Shown one piece after another: positions 25,880 to 39,644 of a stretch of 64,000 nucleotides of DNA. The stretch's first letter is position 1; every line of letters begins with the position of its first letter. Both the position numbers and the translations under genes were made by a program. The notes under the pieces were generated by a model. That model was not told the DNA's origin, searched no databases, and saw only the letters and a program-made list of their open reading frames with translations. The stretch spans positions 99,487,164 to 99,551,163 of the forward strand of contig NC_083406.1 of the NCBI RefSeq assembly GCF_020745735.1, read 5' to 3'. The DNA is from Hemiscyllium ocellatum (taxonomy: Eukaryota).

Positions 25880-26035
25880 CGACGTTTCGGGCATGAGCCC
25901 TTCTTCATTCCTGAAGAAGGGCTCATGCCCGAAACATCGATTCTCCTGCTCCTTGAATGCTGCCTGACCTGCTGCACTTTTCCAGCAACACATTTTCAGC
26001 TCTGATCTCCAGCATCTGCAGTCCTCACTTTCTCC
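25880..26035. mobile_element. PLE family A asymmetric palindrome with TSD
   Basis: TSD tgagtaagtggatt (25866-25879) / tgagtaggtggatt (26036-26049); short inverted arm 25876-25907; plus-strand arm carries hammerhead and full tail. Confidence 0.9.
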
Positions 26036-26101
26036 TGAGTAGGTGGATTGCCAGGTTTTGGAAAAAAAACTAGCACTTAAGTAAAATTAAGGGTCAGCCT
26101 T

Positions 26102-27152
26102 GAGGGACACAATGCCACAGTGGTTTTGTCACTGGGTTAGTAACTGGGTTAATGCTCCGAGAACTTGGGCTCAAATCCACGTGATACCAAGAAATGACTG
26201 AAGATGCTGGTTACTGTAACAGCTGTTGGCCCTGTTGACATTCCAACAATAGTAATGATGACTCATGCTCCAGAATTTGCTGTGATCCCAGACAAGCTGT
26301 TCCAGTATAGCTACCACATTTTCATCTGCTCCACAATGTGGAAAATTGCATGTTTTGTATGCAAGAAGCAGGATAAATCCAATCAATTAACACCCTAACA
26401 GTCTACTCTCTAGCATCAGTAAACTGATGGGAAGGATCGTCACACGTGCTACAAGCAGTATTTGCTTAACAATAAGCTGCTCTGTTTGGGTTTTTCCAGG
26501 GTCACTAAACTCATGACCTCATTACAACCTTAGTTCAAACATTGACAAAAGTGCTGAATTCCAATGGTGAGGTCTAGCAAAGCCAGAATCAATGGAAATT
26601 CATTGGGCTCGTACCAGACATAAACAAAAGGGATTGTTGGATCTCAGTCTTCTCAGCTCCAGGACATCAGTGTAGGAGTTCCTCCGGATAGATCCTTGAC
26701 CCAACTATCTTCAGTTGTTTCACCAATGACCTTGTCTCCATCATAAAATTAACCTGTTTTACGGGCCCCACATTTACAGTGAGCCCTTCCATCACCAGAG
26801 CTCAGTAGCCACAGAGCGCACTTTACACAAAATGCACTGCAGAAATTCCCCCAAAGCTCCTTAGTCAGCGCCTTCCAAGCCTACAACCACTACTGTCTAG
26901 AAGGACAAGGGCAGTAGCTACATGGGAACACCATCATCTACAAGCTCTGCTCCAAATCACTCCCCATCCTGACTTGGAAATATATCGCCGTTCCTTCAGT
27001 GTCGCTTGGTCAAAATCCTGGAATAATCTCCCTAACATCATTGGGGGTTTACCTTCACCACATGGACTGCAATAGCTCATGAACACAGCTCACTACCAAC
27101 AAGATGGGTAAACGCTATTGCAGCCAGTTAATTCCTAAACCCATGAATAAAA
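26102..27152 (+). mobile_element. tRNA-SINE head followed by a decayed L2/CR1-group LINE fragment
   Basis: MWKIA..CKKQDKSN...(P)..LLS RT N-terminal remnant; gtaggagttcctc (GVP) region; 3' end cccatgaataaaa. Confidence 0.65.
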
Positions 27153-28933
27153 CCAAAACTGTTATCGAACTTCCAGAAAATGTAACCTAGACTGATAGTT
27201 CATGCCTTTGACAATTATATACAGGATATGGGGGATAATTTTCCCCTCCCTGGTAAGTAGTGAGCATTGGCAAGAACCATTGGGAAGATACAGAGAGAAT
27301 GAAAACTCATAGCTAAATTTTACCAAAACTCAGTTTAGTGTCAATTTGAGGGAGTTTCATGGAGAGTTTCTCTTAGTGAGCTCTTGTAAGTTATCTTGCG
27401 CGATTCTTCACTGTGTCCCATATTTAGTATGCAGCATGCCTTAACGGTGCTTCACTAATGCTATTGTCTTTTCACCAGTGATGGAAGTACTCACTACTCT
27501 GGGGACCGACCAGGATTTTCAGTATCATGTAACGCTGTCTAAAACCCAACCGTATCCAGGCAGTGTTCCTGCTAATTTTGTTTTCCTACTGCATGGACCT
27601 CCAAGATCTGTATGTGGCAGTGACTTCCGGAACCAGATATTGATGCTGCAAATGGTGTGGGCATGCTGATTGCATTCATAAATGTGTAGTTATCTTATAC
27701 TGTTACCTTTCTGATTGCTTGTCATTGTAACTGCAGCAACAAGAATCAAGCTGCAGACCCTCCCTTTCCTGAGTGCCATACCATGTTCAAACCCTGTCTA
27801 AGGCTTTCCCAAAATCCAGTGCAGTCGACCATCTTATCATTGCCCAATGTGGGAACATCACATGTTGGAAAGCCTTCAAAAAGCTGAAAAGTGCTCTCTT
27901 TAATAGACCAACAGTGAAAGCAAAGAAATAAAATAACAAATTTTTAAAAAAGGTACATTTACTTCTGGGGCCAAAGGTACAGTCACTCACTGCAGCCAGC
28001 TCTCTACTATTGGAACCAGAGCTCAATTAAGTCATGTCTGGATTCTTGCACCAATGCTGCATCTCTGTATCATATTGAAGGTAATGTTCCTCCTGCTCTA
28101 TGTCCTCATTTTCCTCCTTGGGAGACTGCCAGCAATCTCTCAACTCTTCAGCATCTACTACATCCCCTCTCCATCTGTTCCAGTTAGACAGGGCACACAT
28201 TCAAAGATTATATTGCACACTTAACTGCTCCCCTTCCACCCTCCTCAGATCAGTCCAAGCACTGGAACCTCATCGCCATTGTGGCTATTATCTGTCACAC
28301 CATGGTCCTGGTGGAAGAATGGACTGCCTTGTATCTGTTCTCAGTCTTAGGTCATGGGGTCATCAGCCATGGCTACAGAGGGTAGTCCTTGTCAGTCAGT
28401 AACGATCCTTCTAAGGCACCTAGCTTTTGAAATGAAGCAGGTACATGAGAGATAGAAAGAACACATGTATCATGACAGCCTCCAGGATACTAGATGGAGA
28501 TTTCTAAGATGTGCCACAAATAATCACAAATGACTTGTTCATTGATTGGTTGAATTTGGAGCCTTGTCATGTTTAGATTGACTGAGCAATAATGACTTGA
28601 AAAGCTTGACACTACCAAATAGGTAGAATATTTTACTTGGCTATGACAAAATGTGTGACAGAGTCAGCTGAGAAGTCCGCCAAAGCTCATCTTAATGTCA
28701 GAAGGAATTTGCACCATCCTTTTCATAAGTGGAAAGGTGGGACTGTCCCCAGGCAGCAGTGAGTTGCCAATTCATGGTGATTCTTGCTTATTGAAGGCCT
28801 TATTAATGGACTGACTCTCCTCTTTAATGTTCAGCTTCTTATCTAACTATACTCACCAAACAAGCTCGATGTGGAGAAAACTCGACATGGAAACCAGAGC
28901 GGGTACCTGGCAATCTGTTTCTATTGCGGAGTA

Positions 28934-29152
28934 CAGTTGGTTCTGCTATAATGCGTGTCTCTTCGATGAGATTTGGCTTTAAAACAATTGAAGAATTTAA
29001 ACTGTTATTTGTAGAACATGAACTTTCCTTATCAGTATTGGCCAAATCACAATTTGGGTCCCATTAATTTAAATGGTGCAGCTATTGCCTGATTTTCTTA
29101 TAGTGCAAGCTCACATGAGAACAGAAGTATCATGTTATATCAGAACCGACTG
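28934..29152. mobile_element. 219-bp MITE, Tigger/pogo-like (Tc1/mariner superfamily)
   Basis: TA | cagttggttctgctataa ... ttatatcagaaccgactg | TA. Confidence 0.85.
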
Positions 29153-29558
29153 TATGTGATGCCTACAATGAGGTATGAGCATGTGGGAGTGCGTGCTTTT
29201 GAAAGCTGTGGTGTTCGGAGGAGACCCATTCAAGCCTGGCAATAGGAAAGCTGTGTTGTCAACTTGAATAGACAAGTTGAGCTTGGAAAGCAGACAAATG
29301 ACAAATTCAACTGATTCTTCTAAAAATAAAAACAAGGTGGAGCGTGGGGGAAGTGAAACATTTCTCTCAGTTCAACTGTAAACTGCTTTGCTACTTGAAT
29401 CTCATACAGTCACAGAGTCATACAGCATAGCATCAAGCCCTTCGGCCCACCACGTCTATGGCAACCAACAAATACCACACTACACTAATTCCGTTTACCT
29501 GGACTTGCTCCATATGCCCTGGCATTTCAAATGCTCATCTAGGTGCTTTTTAAATGTT

Positions 29559-29767
29559 CGAGTAAAAAATGAGGTCTGCAGATGCTGGAGATCACAGCTG
29601 CAAATGTGTTGCTGGTCAAAGCACAGCAGGCCAGGCAGCATCTCAGGAATAGAGAATTCGACGTTTCGAGCATAAGCCCTTCATTCCTGATGAAGGGCTT
29701 ATGCTCGAAACGTCGAATTCTCTATTCCTGAGATGCTGCCTGCTTTGACCAGCAACACATTTGCAGC
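29559..29767. mobile_element. PLE family A palindromic insertion with ~36-nt tail and TSD
   Basis: TSD gctttttaaatgtt at 29545-29558 and 29766-29779; tail 29559-29595; near-perfect arms apart from a small deletion in the right arm. Confidence 0.93.
29683..29718 (+). ncRNA. Minimal type I hammerhead ribozyme (PLE-type)
   Basis: Helix I AUUC/GAAU, core CUGAUGA (29687-29693), helix II GGGC-UUAU-GCUC, GAAA (29707-29710), palindromic ACGU in place of helix III, GUC triplet; predicted cleavage after 29714. Confidence 0.85.
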
Positions 29768-30430
29768 TTTTTAAATGTTGCCTCCACCACCATCTCAGGC
29801 AGCATGTTCCATATTTCTACCACGCTCTGGGTGAAAATGTTTTCTCGCAGATCTTTCTAACTTACCCCTTACCTTAGACTTAGAACTTAATGACCTTTTC
29901 TCAGATTTTCCCATGATCTTTCACGATGAATAAAGTTGTAAATGATAACGTCATTTCATAGTGCTAGATTTTGTTGTGTTGTTCTATTCACCACTTGATG
30001 CTTCCCCGGGTCATGGCTAAAGTTGTGGACGCCCCTGAGGTTTGTACAACTGAAAAACACAGCCAGAGCTAACAGTTTTGTTTCCATATTTTTCACCTAT
30101 CGTCTAGCCAGAATAACCAATAGGTGAGGTTGAGAAATGTTTTTCATCATTTGGATACCTTGCTGACTTACAAAATAAATGTAATAACTCAATGTTATGT
30201 GTTAGCATCACAAAATCATATTCACACTGCTCTTACATTATAAAGCTATTAACCAAAAAAAAATGTAACAGCTGGAAATCTGTTGAGGCTGGATTAGAAG
30301 GCTGTACGTCCTTGTATGATTACCACATTGCAGCTATTCATCTTAACAGGGTGGGGCTGCTTCCACGAGAAAGGCGAAGATAGATGCGTGAGCTGAAAGA
30401 TTTCTTAAAAGTATGAAAGCAGCTGATAGT

Positions 30431-31125
30431 GTTGAGAGTCCTAGTCCAGGATTCTCTCAAGGTAAACTTGCAAGTTGAGCCAGTAGTTAGGAAGGTAAAT
30501 GCAATGATGACATTTATGTTGAGAGGACTTAAATATAAAAGCAGGGATGTACATCTGAGGCTGTATACACCTCTGGTCAGACTACATTGGCAGTATTGTG
30601 TGCAATATATGTGGACCCCATATCTCAGGAAGAATGTACTGGCCGTTGAGCATGTTCAGAGGAGGTTCATGAGAATGGTCCTAAGAATGAAGTGCTTAAC
30701 ATATGAGGAACATTTGAAGCCTCTGGGTCTGTACTCAATGGAGTTTCGAAGGATGAGGGGGGATTTAATTGAAACTAACAGAATACTGAATGGCCTGGAT
30801 GTTGGGAAGATGCTTCCAGTGATAGGAGAGACTAGGACCAGAGGGCACAGCATTCGAGTAAATGGAAGACCTTTTAGAACGGAGGTAAGAGGAGCTTTCT
30901 TCAGCTCAAGAGTGGTGAATCTATGGAATTCATTGCCACAGAAGGCTGTGGAGGCCAGGTCATTGAGTATATTTAAGATTGAGATAGATAGGTCTTGGGT
31001 GTCAATGGTTATGGGAGAAAGTGGGAGAATGGGGCTGAGAAACTTATCAGCCATGATTGAAAGGTGGAGTAGACCCAATGTCTTATGGGCTAATTTCTGC
31101 TCCTATGTCTTATGGTCTAATGTCT
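30431..31125 (+). mobile_element. CR1 LINE 3' fragment (ORF 30429-31289 is its decayed ORF2 end plus read-through)
   Basis: VQRRFMRMV, RRMRGDLIET, TRGHS, RVVNLWNSLP; flanking duplication gcagctgat at 30419-30427 and 31127-31135. Confidence 0.93.
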
Positions 31126-31464
31126 TGCAGCTGATGTGTGACACACCATTAAGCGACAGGTTTATGATGTCAACAATGCATCATGACTTGCGACAATTGA
31201 GTAAACCTTGTAAAGTTTTTACAACAAATCGAATTGCTAAGCTTGAGCCCAGGCACATTGCAGTCTGTAATTATAGTGTATGTCTGTAAATATCAGCCAC
31301 ACGTTAACATTCAATGTATTGTCCAGTGCTTCCTAACCAATGTCTTGTCCTTACATTATGGGAGCCCTATGTGAGTCATAGCCAAACAGTCCTGGGCATT
31401 GGCAATTAAGACAAGGGGCTGAAGTGTTCACTTCCACAAATGGGCGTTAAGAGGGGGAATTCTC

Positions 31465-31987
31465 ATTGCCCTGCTATAGGAAGGATGTTATTAAACTGGA
31501 AAAGGTGCAAAAAAAACAAACAAGGGTGTTGAGGGGGCTGAAAGGTTTGAGTTATCAGGAGAGGGCGGATAGGCTGGGACGTTTTTCACTGGAGCATAGC
31601 AAACTGAAAGGTGATTTTACAGAGTTCTATTAAATTGTGAGAGGCATAGACAATGTGAATAGCAAAGGTCTTTTCCCCAGGGTAGGGAAGTTAAAAGCTA
31701 GAGGACATAGGTTTCAGGTGAGAGGGGTCATTTTTAAAAGGGACATTACATACAAGTTCTTCACACAGAGGGTGGTGCGTATGTGAAATGAGCTGCCAGA
31801 GGAAGTACTAGAGGTGGGTTCAATTACAGCATTTAAAAGACATTTGGACAGGTACATGTATAGAAAAGGTATAGAGGGATATCAGTCAAACACAGGCAAA
31901 TGGGAAGAGTTCAGTTTAGGAAATCTGGTCAGCACAGATGACCTGAAAGGTCTGTTTCCATGCTGCATGCTTTTATGTCTCTATGAT
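31465..31987 (+). mobile_element. CR1/HER1-like 3' fragment
   Basis: YRKDVIKLEKVQK, RGHRF motifs; ctctatga tail. Confidence 0.88.
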
Positions 31988-34900
31988 CAGGAGCAAAATG
32001 ACAGATCAGTGCATTTCCCCATTACATTCTTCCTTGGACTTCTCTTGATGGGGTCTTCCTAGATGCAAATAAGCCTTCTGCTAAAGCCAAAGCCTAGCTG
32101 TAATCTGGAGGCTCCCTGCAGTTGGCCAGGGTGCTAAATAGTTGTCCTTTTAAAGCGCTCAAACCCCTCCCCACCCTACAGGATTCAGAACAACTGCTGT
32201 GGCCAGGCTCATTTTTTTTATAATCCCATAATCCTTCAGAAAATGCCTCAATCATGAGGCACCATCAAGGTTTTCTACCTGCAATACCATCAGCCACTAC
32301 TCCTAGCGTGGCTGGCAGGAGGACCTCACCGTACAGCCTGTGTGTTCCCTCGGTCAGGATGGGGGAATCTGCTTTCCATCATGCAGCGGGGCTCCTGGAT
32401 GAGGCGACTGATGTCCGTGACAGCTGCTGGTGGGTTCTCCACCCAGTATCACAGTCAGCAATGGAATCACAAGCCAACGAGGAAGAACCAGTCCAACAGG
32501 ATTCAGGGATTGAAGTGTAACTGGGTGGCACAGTGCACGAGGGTAGAACTTGATTAAGGTGAGATTGGAGACAGGAAAATGGTGGTGGGGGGAGGAGGAG
32601 GTGAGGGGCGTGGTGCACAAGATTTTGAAATGAAACCACTAGACCTTGAAACTTAATAGTCACAGCAACTGTTCCGAGAATTGCTCTACCAATGAACTTC
32701 CAACTGTAAATCTGTCACGGACAGCATGGATATATTGATCAACTGCAAAAAACTGTCTTCTTAAATCTAATGCACAAACTAAAAAAAAGATAACATTCAA
32801 CAGGCAGATTGCCCACCTGCCACTAACCAGCCTGAAATTCCTTGAAGCTCAGTATTAAGTGCTTATACCTACATCTCCAACCCCGATGGAAGTATGATGC
32901 TGTTAAATTTAGATTTCATCATGATATTTTTTTTTAACAGCAATTTACAAATACGAGTTTTTTTTTGCACTAATGATATTTTAGAAGCTAGCATTTGCAT
33001 GCAAATCTTTTCAGCTGCCGTGAGATTAATTTGGAGGCAAGTAATGAATTCTGTTTTGCTCAGCAAACAGATGGGCTCATTATTGCCTGGGTCAACTGAA
33101 AACTGATTCCATCAATTTGTTTTACCTAACCTATTTACAGAGAGGCAGGGGGCAAAATCTGTAATGTGTGAATAATCAACCAAACCAGCACATGCACTTC
33201 TTAATGTTTATTTCTGATAGTTTTAAAAAATGCTTTACGATTGTTTCTACACATTATTTGACAAAGGTTCAAGGTACAAAATAAATAGAGCTTGCTGGGC
33301 TGGTGCAAAGAAAGACAATAAACAAATTCTGAGCTCAGAGATGTGTAAAAATTCAGGGATAAACATGCTGTACAGACCAATATAATATTGCACAGAGATG
33401 GGAAACTCTATGCTCAGATTTCGCTGTGTTGCCATTTAGTACTCTTGAAGTTAGCTTTACCTTCCTGCTAATTCTGGGCTTGTGGGCTTTGTTAGCAATG
33501 GCAACATTTTGCTATATCCTGAGCTGCCCTGACAAAATTGATGGAGAAACCACTTCCTTCCTGAATCGCTGCAGTCCATGTGCTGAAGCACCAAGTTATT
33601 AACTCGGACATTTCATGATTTTGATCAATGTAGCTCATGTTTGGAGTGGACAGATCAATAATTTTGAGTGCCCACTCTACCCTCTTTAAATTAGCCTTTT
33701 TTTTCATTCCAGCTGATTCCACATTAGGGAGGGGGAGTTGGATGGAGCTGGAAACATGATGTGAAGAGATGCTAATGAAGACAGTGGCGAGGGATTAGCA
33801 GCTAAAACTCTAGGAGGTTCCAGTACCTCAATTTCACTTTGGGATGGCTGTGGGGGCAGGGCATAGTATCAGGTGGTGTGGTGTATTTCTCCATCACTTT
33901 TGTACTGAAATCTTAAAAATAGTTTGAATTTAGCTCTTCAGTGGAAGACTGCCATTGTGTACCTTTATGGGCTAGCCTTTTGATCCTTACTACTATATTC
34001 TCATCATCTGGTTACCCACTTGTTACAATGGGACTCCACACAGCATAGTTACTACTTAATCTCCTGTACATGTAATGTTCTCTTCCTTGTGTTACAAAAT
34101 GAGCTTCTTACTGGATAAACAGCTATGCATCAAACATTGTTGGGCTCAACTAGTGGTCATGGTGTTGATCACACAAGGCACATAAGCTTTTTCTTAATCA
34201 ACTTGTTCATATGTATTATGACACACTTCTGGAGCAAGTGAGACTTGAACCCAGGCCTCCTGGTCCAGAGGTATGGACATGGCCACTTCAATTCCCTGTG
34301 GACAATGAGTTGGCTGGTCTCAGCCAGATTGGTGGCACGCACACGGCAATTGCTCCAGTGTCCAATAGGGTAGGTTAATAAAAAAACAACCTCCTGATCT
34401 CAATCTTTCTGGGAAAAGTGAGGCAGAATAGAATAAGGTTCAGCTGGGATACTCTCAAAACTGACTAGCGTGGTCTTACTCAATGTTGAGGGGCATCCAT
34501 GAATAGCAAACACTTGCAGTCAACACCCTACGAGTGGAAAGTGAGTGGTGTCTGTGACAAAACATGACTGCAGAATGAGATGAAAGCTGGTGGCTCCAGA
34601 AGCTAAGAGTCCTTTATAGCACTCTTGTTGGTCAGGAGGAATGGGAGAGGGAGTGCATTCAGCTGACACCATGCTGATCACAACCACTTTTTAACTCATG
34701 CTGTGATTGCCACTGCTTCAATCTTTTCCCAATATTCCACCAGCCCTGCCTCTTATGGCTAGTTTTCCCATCCTGCTGAGGGCTTGTCTGTCAACTTGAC
34801 TTGCTGCCAAGAAAGTACAGAATAGCAAAATGACCATAAGGTTGTGCTATTAAATATGGCCTAGATCTTTGTGACCCTGCTTTGCCGCGATCTTTGACCT

Positions 34901-36599
34901 TCCTCACACTCTACTGCCTCACTGTAAAAATTGACACCCACATCTGTAGCCTCTTTCTCTGCAGATCTTACTGAGCTGGTTCAGAAACAAACAGGCAAAT
35001 CAACTGATGATTCTCCTGCATTATTGAACTGCATTATTGAACTGCTGATCTGTTATGAATGATATTTGATCCTTAACATCGTTTCCAGCTGTTGCAAGTG
35101 ATGTGTCACTGTGTTTCGTTTCATGAGGTTCAAAGGGCTGAAATACAGTGCTGTCAGATTTCTGACCTGACTGGTACTTTTCACACAAATCTTTTGAGAC
35201 TGTGCAAATGGTAAATTGCTTGCAGGAGGGCAAACGTCAAGTACATCACTGTTGACACCTGACCTACTGGCTGGTAGAATGTGCTTTTAAAAAATATCTG
35301 GCACTGGGATGCTGTTTTGTTGAAATGTTTTCCTTAACAGCCTAGGCCTTTGACCATATCTGGCAGCGAAGCCTCAGCTGGATGTCAACAGGTAGGAGCG
35401 GAAGATTTTAGGCCTAAAGGTGAAACCAGGGACCTTCTGCAGCATGGGGCCCCTCAGCATTCAGAAGAATGGTGAGCGTGGAGAGAGGTGAGGAGTTAAA
35501 TTTATCAGGGGAGGTGGAGAAGCCCCCATCCTGCTCCTTTAGGTCCACAAGGAAGCCAGAAATCAAATTAAAGACATATGAGCCTGCATCTCTCTCTTCT
35601 CTCCCAATTGCCCCCACCCTGCCCAACACTTACCCTGGCAACTCAATGGTAAGGGGAAAATTAGGACCTCCCATTAAAGTAGCAGATCAATACTGCTGCA
35701 GTGTTGAACGCCAACCTGAATGTTGAAACAAGACCCGACCAATTTGAAATGGTTTACCTACTCAAAAGGGCAAAGTAACATTAGGATATGACAGGATGAT
35801 GGTGGAATCAGCAAGGTAAATAATTCCCATGATTATAACCATATCCTTTTCCCTTCAGATCACTGATGGAGGAGACAGGGAGATAAATTCAGGGCCAAGG
35901 TTAGTCAGGCATAGCCAAAATTGCCTTCAATTTCTTGTCCAAAGCAATGACATGTTAAGTGTGACCCTAGCCAATAAATACTGGAGTTACCATAGTTAAG
36001 CTCCAATCTGTCCTCATCTTTATCAACTAAATATTGCTAAGTGAAGGATAGTGATTGCACTCTATTGTCAATGCAGCTGAGATATACTGACATCACAAAG
36101 ATTAGGAATGAAAAGAAATGTCTGGTATGGCTGAATGAAGAGTTTGAGCAAAGTTTGAACCTCCTCAATCATCATTTTGAATCTGAAAATAATGTAAATT
36201 CATATTATACTAAGTTAAAGACAGTAGCATAGTGGATAATTTCTAATCTGAAGGAAATTGTGAGAAGTAACTTGGGTCATCTTGGGGTGAAGGTGGCTCC
36301 ATGATGATACACCTTGTGAAGGAAATTCAGAATAATTTTAGAGCAAGCTACTCCGCAATATCTGAAGTAACTGATAACGAATGTTTCTGGGTAAAGCTCC
36401 TGCCATCCAATACCTTACCATATTGCTGAAGCACATTCACTGAAAAAGACTACAGTGGCTCAAAGTCCAGATCCATCATCAGTGCCCAGAATGGGAGCAA
36501 TGCCGGGACCATCCTTGACCCTGCCTCCTTCCACTTTCTCAAGGGCAAATAATGATCAGTCATAAAGGCCAATCTTGTCAAGAAAAGAAAGTAAAATCC

Positions 36600-37085
36600 A
36601 TCAAGTTTCCACAGAAACGTGTAAGCCTGTCACTCGGTATGGGACTTTTCCTCTTCAGGCCTTCAAAGATGGTGGTCAGTGGTGAACTGATGGTTGGGGC
36701 CAAAGCCCTGCAAGCAGCAATGAAGCCTGGTGTGCCCGATGGAGGTCAGCAGCGGCGGTTGGTGGTGGATGTGAGCATGGGCGGGTGTTAGCTTAGCACG
36801 GAGGAAAGCACCCCTCTTGGGGAAAGCCCTGCTTGGATCATCTGCAAGCCTATGGCTTCAGAATTGACTAATGTTTGATTTGTTAGCTTTTTTTTTTATT
36901 TTTCTACTTTTATACTGATAAGATTGGAGTGCCAAACTTTTAATCTTTTTTTTTATTTTACTATTTCTGCAACTAAGATTTTGTATCTAGGCACTTTGTG
37001 CCTAAGATGGTACTGTGTGTGGTGACATTATACACTTCTCACTGTACCCTGAGTCCACATGAAGATAAAACCTAAATCTAAAATA
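36600..37085 (+). mobile_element. Non-autonomous retroelement with Rex1-like 3' tail
   Basis: 3' end acacttctcactgtac...catgaagataaaacctaaatc resembles the LINE tail at 42485-42530; 5' boundary uncertain. Confidence 0.35.
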
Positions 37086-39644
37086 TGAGTGATTTTGAAG
37101 AACAGGTGGCCTAATGTGCATGGTGCTAATGGTTGGACAAGTAACAAGAAGATGATAATCTTTTGTATTTAGTCTACATTGTTTTAGCTAGTTAATTGAT
37201 GGCACACATGTCTACATTAGACTTGCTCAAGTTAGGCTGCATCAACGCACACGCAATCTCTTTTGATTGAAGGAAGTGGGTGTCTCACAGAGAGATACCC
37301 CGGACAAACAGAGATTTCGAGTGTTTAGGTTCCTCAGTCACCTGATTTTGAGACCGAAACCTAGTGGTGAGTTTCTACACGTGGCAGCTGTCAGACTGAT
37401 CACAGGAAGAAGCAAGCTGTCTGGGAGAGACTGCAAAGTGCCACAATGATTTGTACTTATGCTAAAGGCTGTTGTGGAGCAGCAATAGCAAAATGTTAAG
37501 ATTCTAACCATTTCTTCAGATGAAGCAAAACATTTAGTCCTTGAAAAAAAGAAAGGAAACTAATGACAACAAAGTTCTTAGAATTAACAAAGTATGTAGC
37601 CAAATATTGAAAACCTGAAACACAGCTGGCAATAAACCGAACCTGTTTGAAAAAGACTTGTAAACCAACATTGTTAGGTACAGCATGAAGGTCACAGACA
37701 GCACTTGTACATGCAACAGACTTGCGTCAGTGAAAATTCCTGGCAACATCACTGAGAATTTTGTGCCAGTTAATTTGCAAAGGATGGAAAGTACATTTAA
37801 CTTATACTGACTTCCAATGCACTGAATTCATTTGCTGTGCTTGGCGGCTCAGTGACCGAATGTACGGCCCAGAAATTTAATGGTACATCAGGCAGTTACA
37901 TTGGTCTGTTGTTATGGACAATGTTTGGTGCAATCAGATTTTATTGGTGATGTGGCCTGCTTCAAGGAGAAAGGATAAGATAGAATTTTTTGATTGTCTT
38001 AACATGCTCATACTGCACATCTGTGCGTGCTATTTTTGGCAGGTTTTATCCTGTTTCTTTTACAGTGGTTACTCCCAAATTATGTGATCTTAAGAGCACC
38101 TTGCTGATTGGATGTTCTAACGCAAGGGCTGGTAAAGATAATTGTGCTTCAAAGCCAAATTACTTAACTTATAGAAAACACTGTTAACTCCTGAGATGGT
38201 TTATTGAGTAATTCATTTTATGAATATTGTTTATAAATAGAATATATGTGACAGTGTTTACACAATTGACAAAAGCTAATGAGTATGTATTAAAGGTAAT
38301 AAACTTTAGGTTCATCCTAGCAAATACTACAACTTGAATTACAGAGGACTATGTTAGTGTCAGTCTTAACGAGCTACAAAGATCTATATCTTCACACAGT
38401 CACACCCCCATCCTTCTTGTTCTGTTTCAGCTTAAAGCACCAAAACATTTTCAATGCCAATTCAAATCAGTGTGCTGAGGTGATGACTGACTACGTTAGT
38501 GCATTACTTTGTGGGTTTTTAATTAATTCCACCCACCGTACTGGTGAAGATGCAATCTGAAGGTATTAATCGAACAGAACCACGGCATCAGATCATGACT
38601 TCTTTCGTATAATGTTCTCAATCTAATTATTAAGAAGGGATCTTTTTCATTAAGGTTGTCCAGTATTAAAATGAAAATTCTAACCCTAATTTTTTTTTAG
38701 ATCAATGCATGTATCGTTCCTGTTTGTGGAATAATTGCTGTATACAGCATATTAATATTATCTTCAAATTATAAATACTCAATGACCTAATTTGAATATT
38801 ACTGAAAAACGTCTGGCAGGATAGTTTAAATTGTTCTTTGTTCTACTAATGCTAACCAAACATAGCAATAGTACGTTACTGAAAGGTTCCCAGTCTGCCA
38901 AGTGCAGAGGAATGTCTAGTTCTGGGGTTGGGCCGCATTCTGTGACATGAGGTGGCTCAGGGCCAATTAGACAGCCATTACAAAGAGCTGTCTTTATAGG
39001 CTTTAGAGACAGACCTCTTCCAATAGGTTTGTGGATAGATAAGCTAGTTAAAGGCATAAAGATCAGAACAGATACAAGCTTGATGTCCTGAAAGAGCCGA
39101 TCCTGTTAAGTGTAGGGATGTATCAAGCAGTTCTATACCACTGAACTAAAGAGGGTGGAAATTATTGTACGTGAAGTATTATATCACAACATGAATTATG
39201 GCATTCAAGATAGGAGGAGAAAACCAAGGAAAATAGGTTAAAAATGTTTGGTTCTCCAAACACAAATACAATAGGTTTGCTTTGTTGAAAAAATGTGAGC
39301 TATGCAATGGCGACACTAAGTAGCGAAGATAAATTGACTAATGTTTAGCACAAGTTCAATGCAATAAAAATAATAGCCAGAGCCTGTAGTGATTCATATC
39401 GTTCATGTGCCTGACTGTACAACATTAGTAGGCACAGCAAAAAAAATCAGATGGGAGGATTGCATGCAGGAATAATCCAAACAATTTTTCTGTTCACTTT
39501 AACAAACATGTGTTAAATCAGGATTGTAATCTTCCTCAATCAATTTTCCTTATTGCAGTAAATGTATCCAAATGCAACAAAAATAAATCTGCTCCATATT
39601 GTTGTATCCTGTTAGGTAACTAATATAAGAGCAAAGGATATTAC

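Larger units (their letters stand above)
29399..29885 (-). mobile_element. CR1 3' fragment interrupted by a PLE palindrome
   Basis: cagagtcatacagcatag 3' tail; resumes gcctccaccacc...ccacgctctgggtgaaaa. Confidence 0.75.

Noticed and set aside
24730-28400. Possible PIF/Harbinger remnants near 24730-25010 and 27990-28400
   Set aside because: Only an impression; no translatable motif or TIR could be verified
29559-29767. Palindromes as DNA-transposon MITEs or pre-miRNA hairpins
   Set aside because: Asymmetric tail, variable arm length and centre, 13-15 bp TSD, and sequence identity to the 3' end of a GIY-YIG retroelement
30429-31289. 286-aa ORF as a host gene
   Set aside because: Decayed CR1 ORF2 C-terminus reading into 3' UTR and flank
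34964-35060. Possible terminal exon after ctttctctgcag
   Set aside because: Short unrecognised peptide that includes a 13-bp tandem duplication
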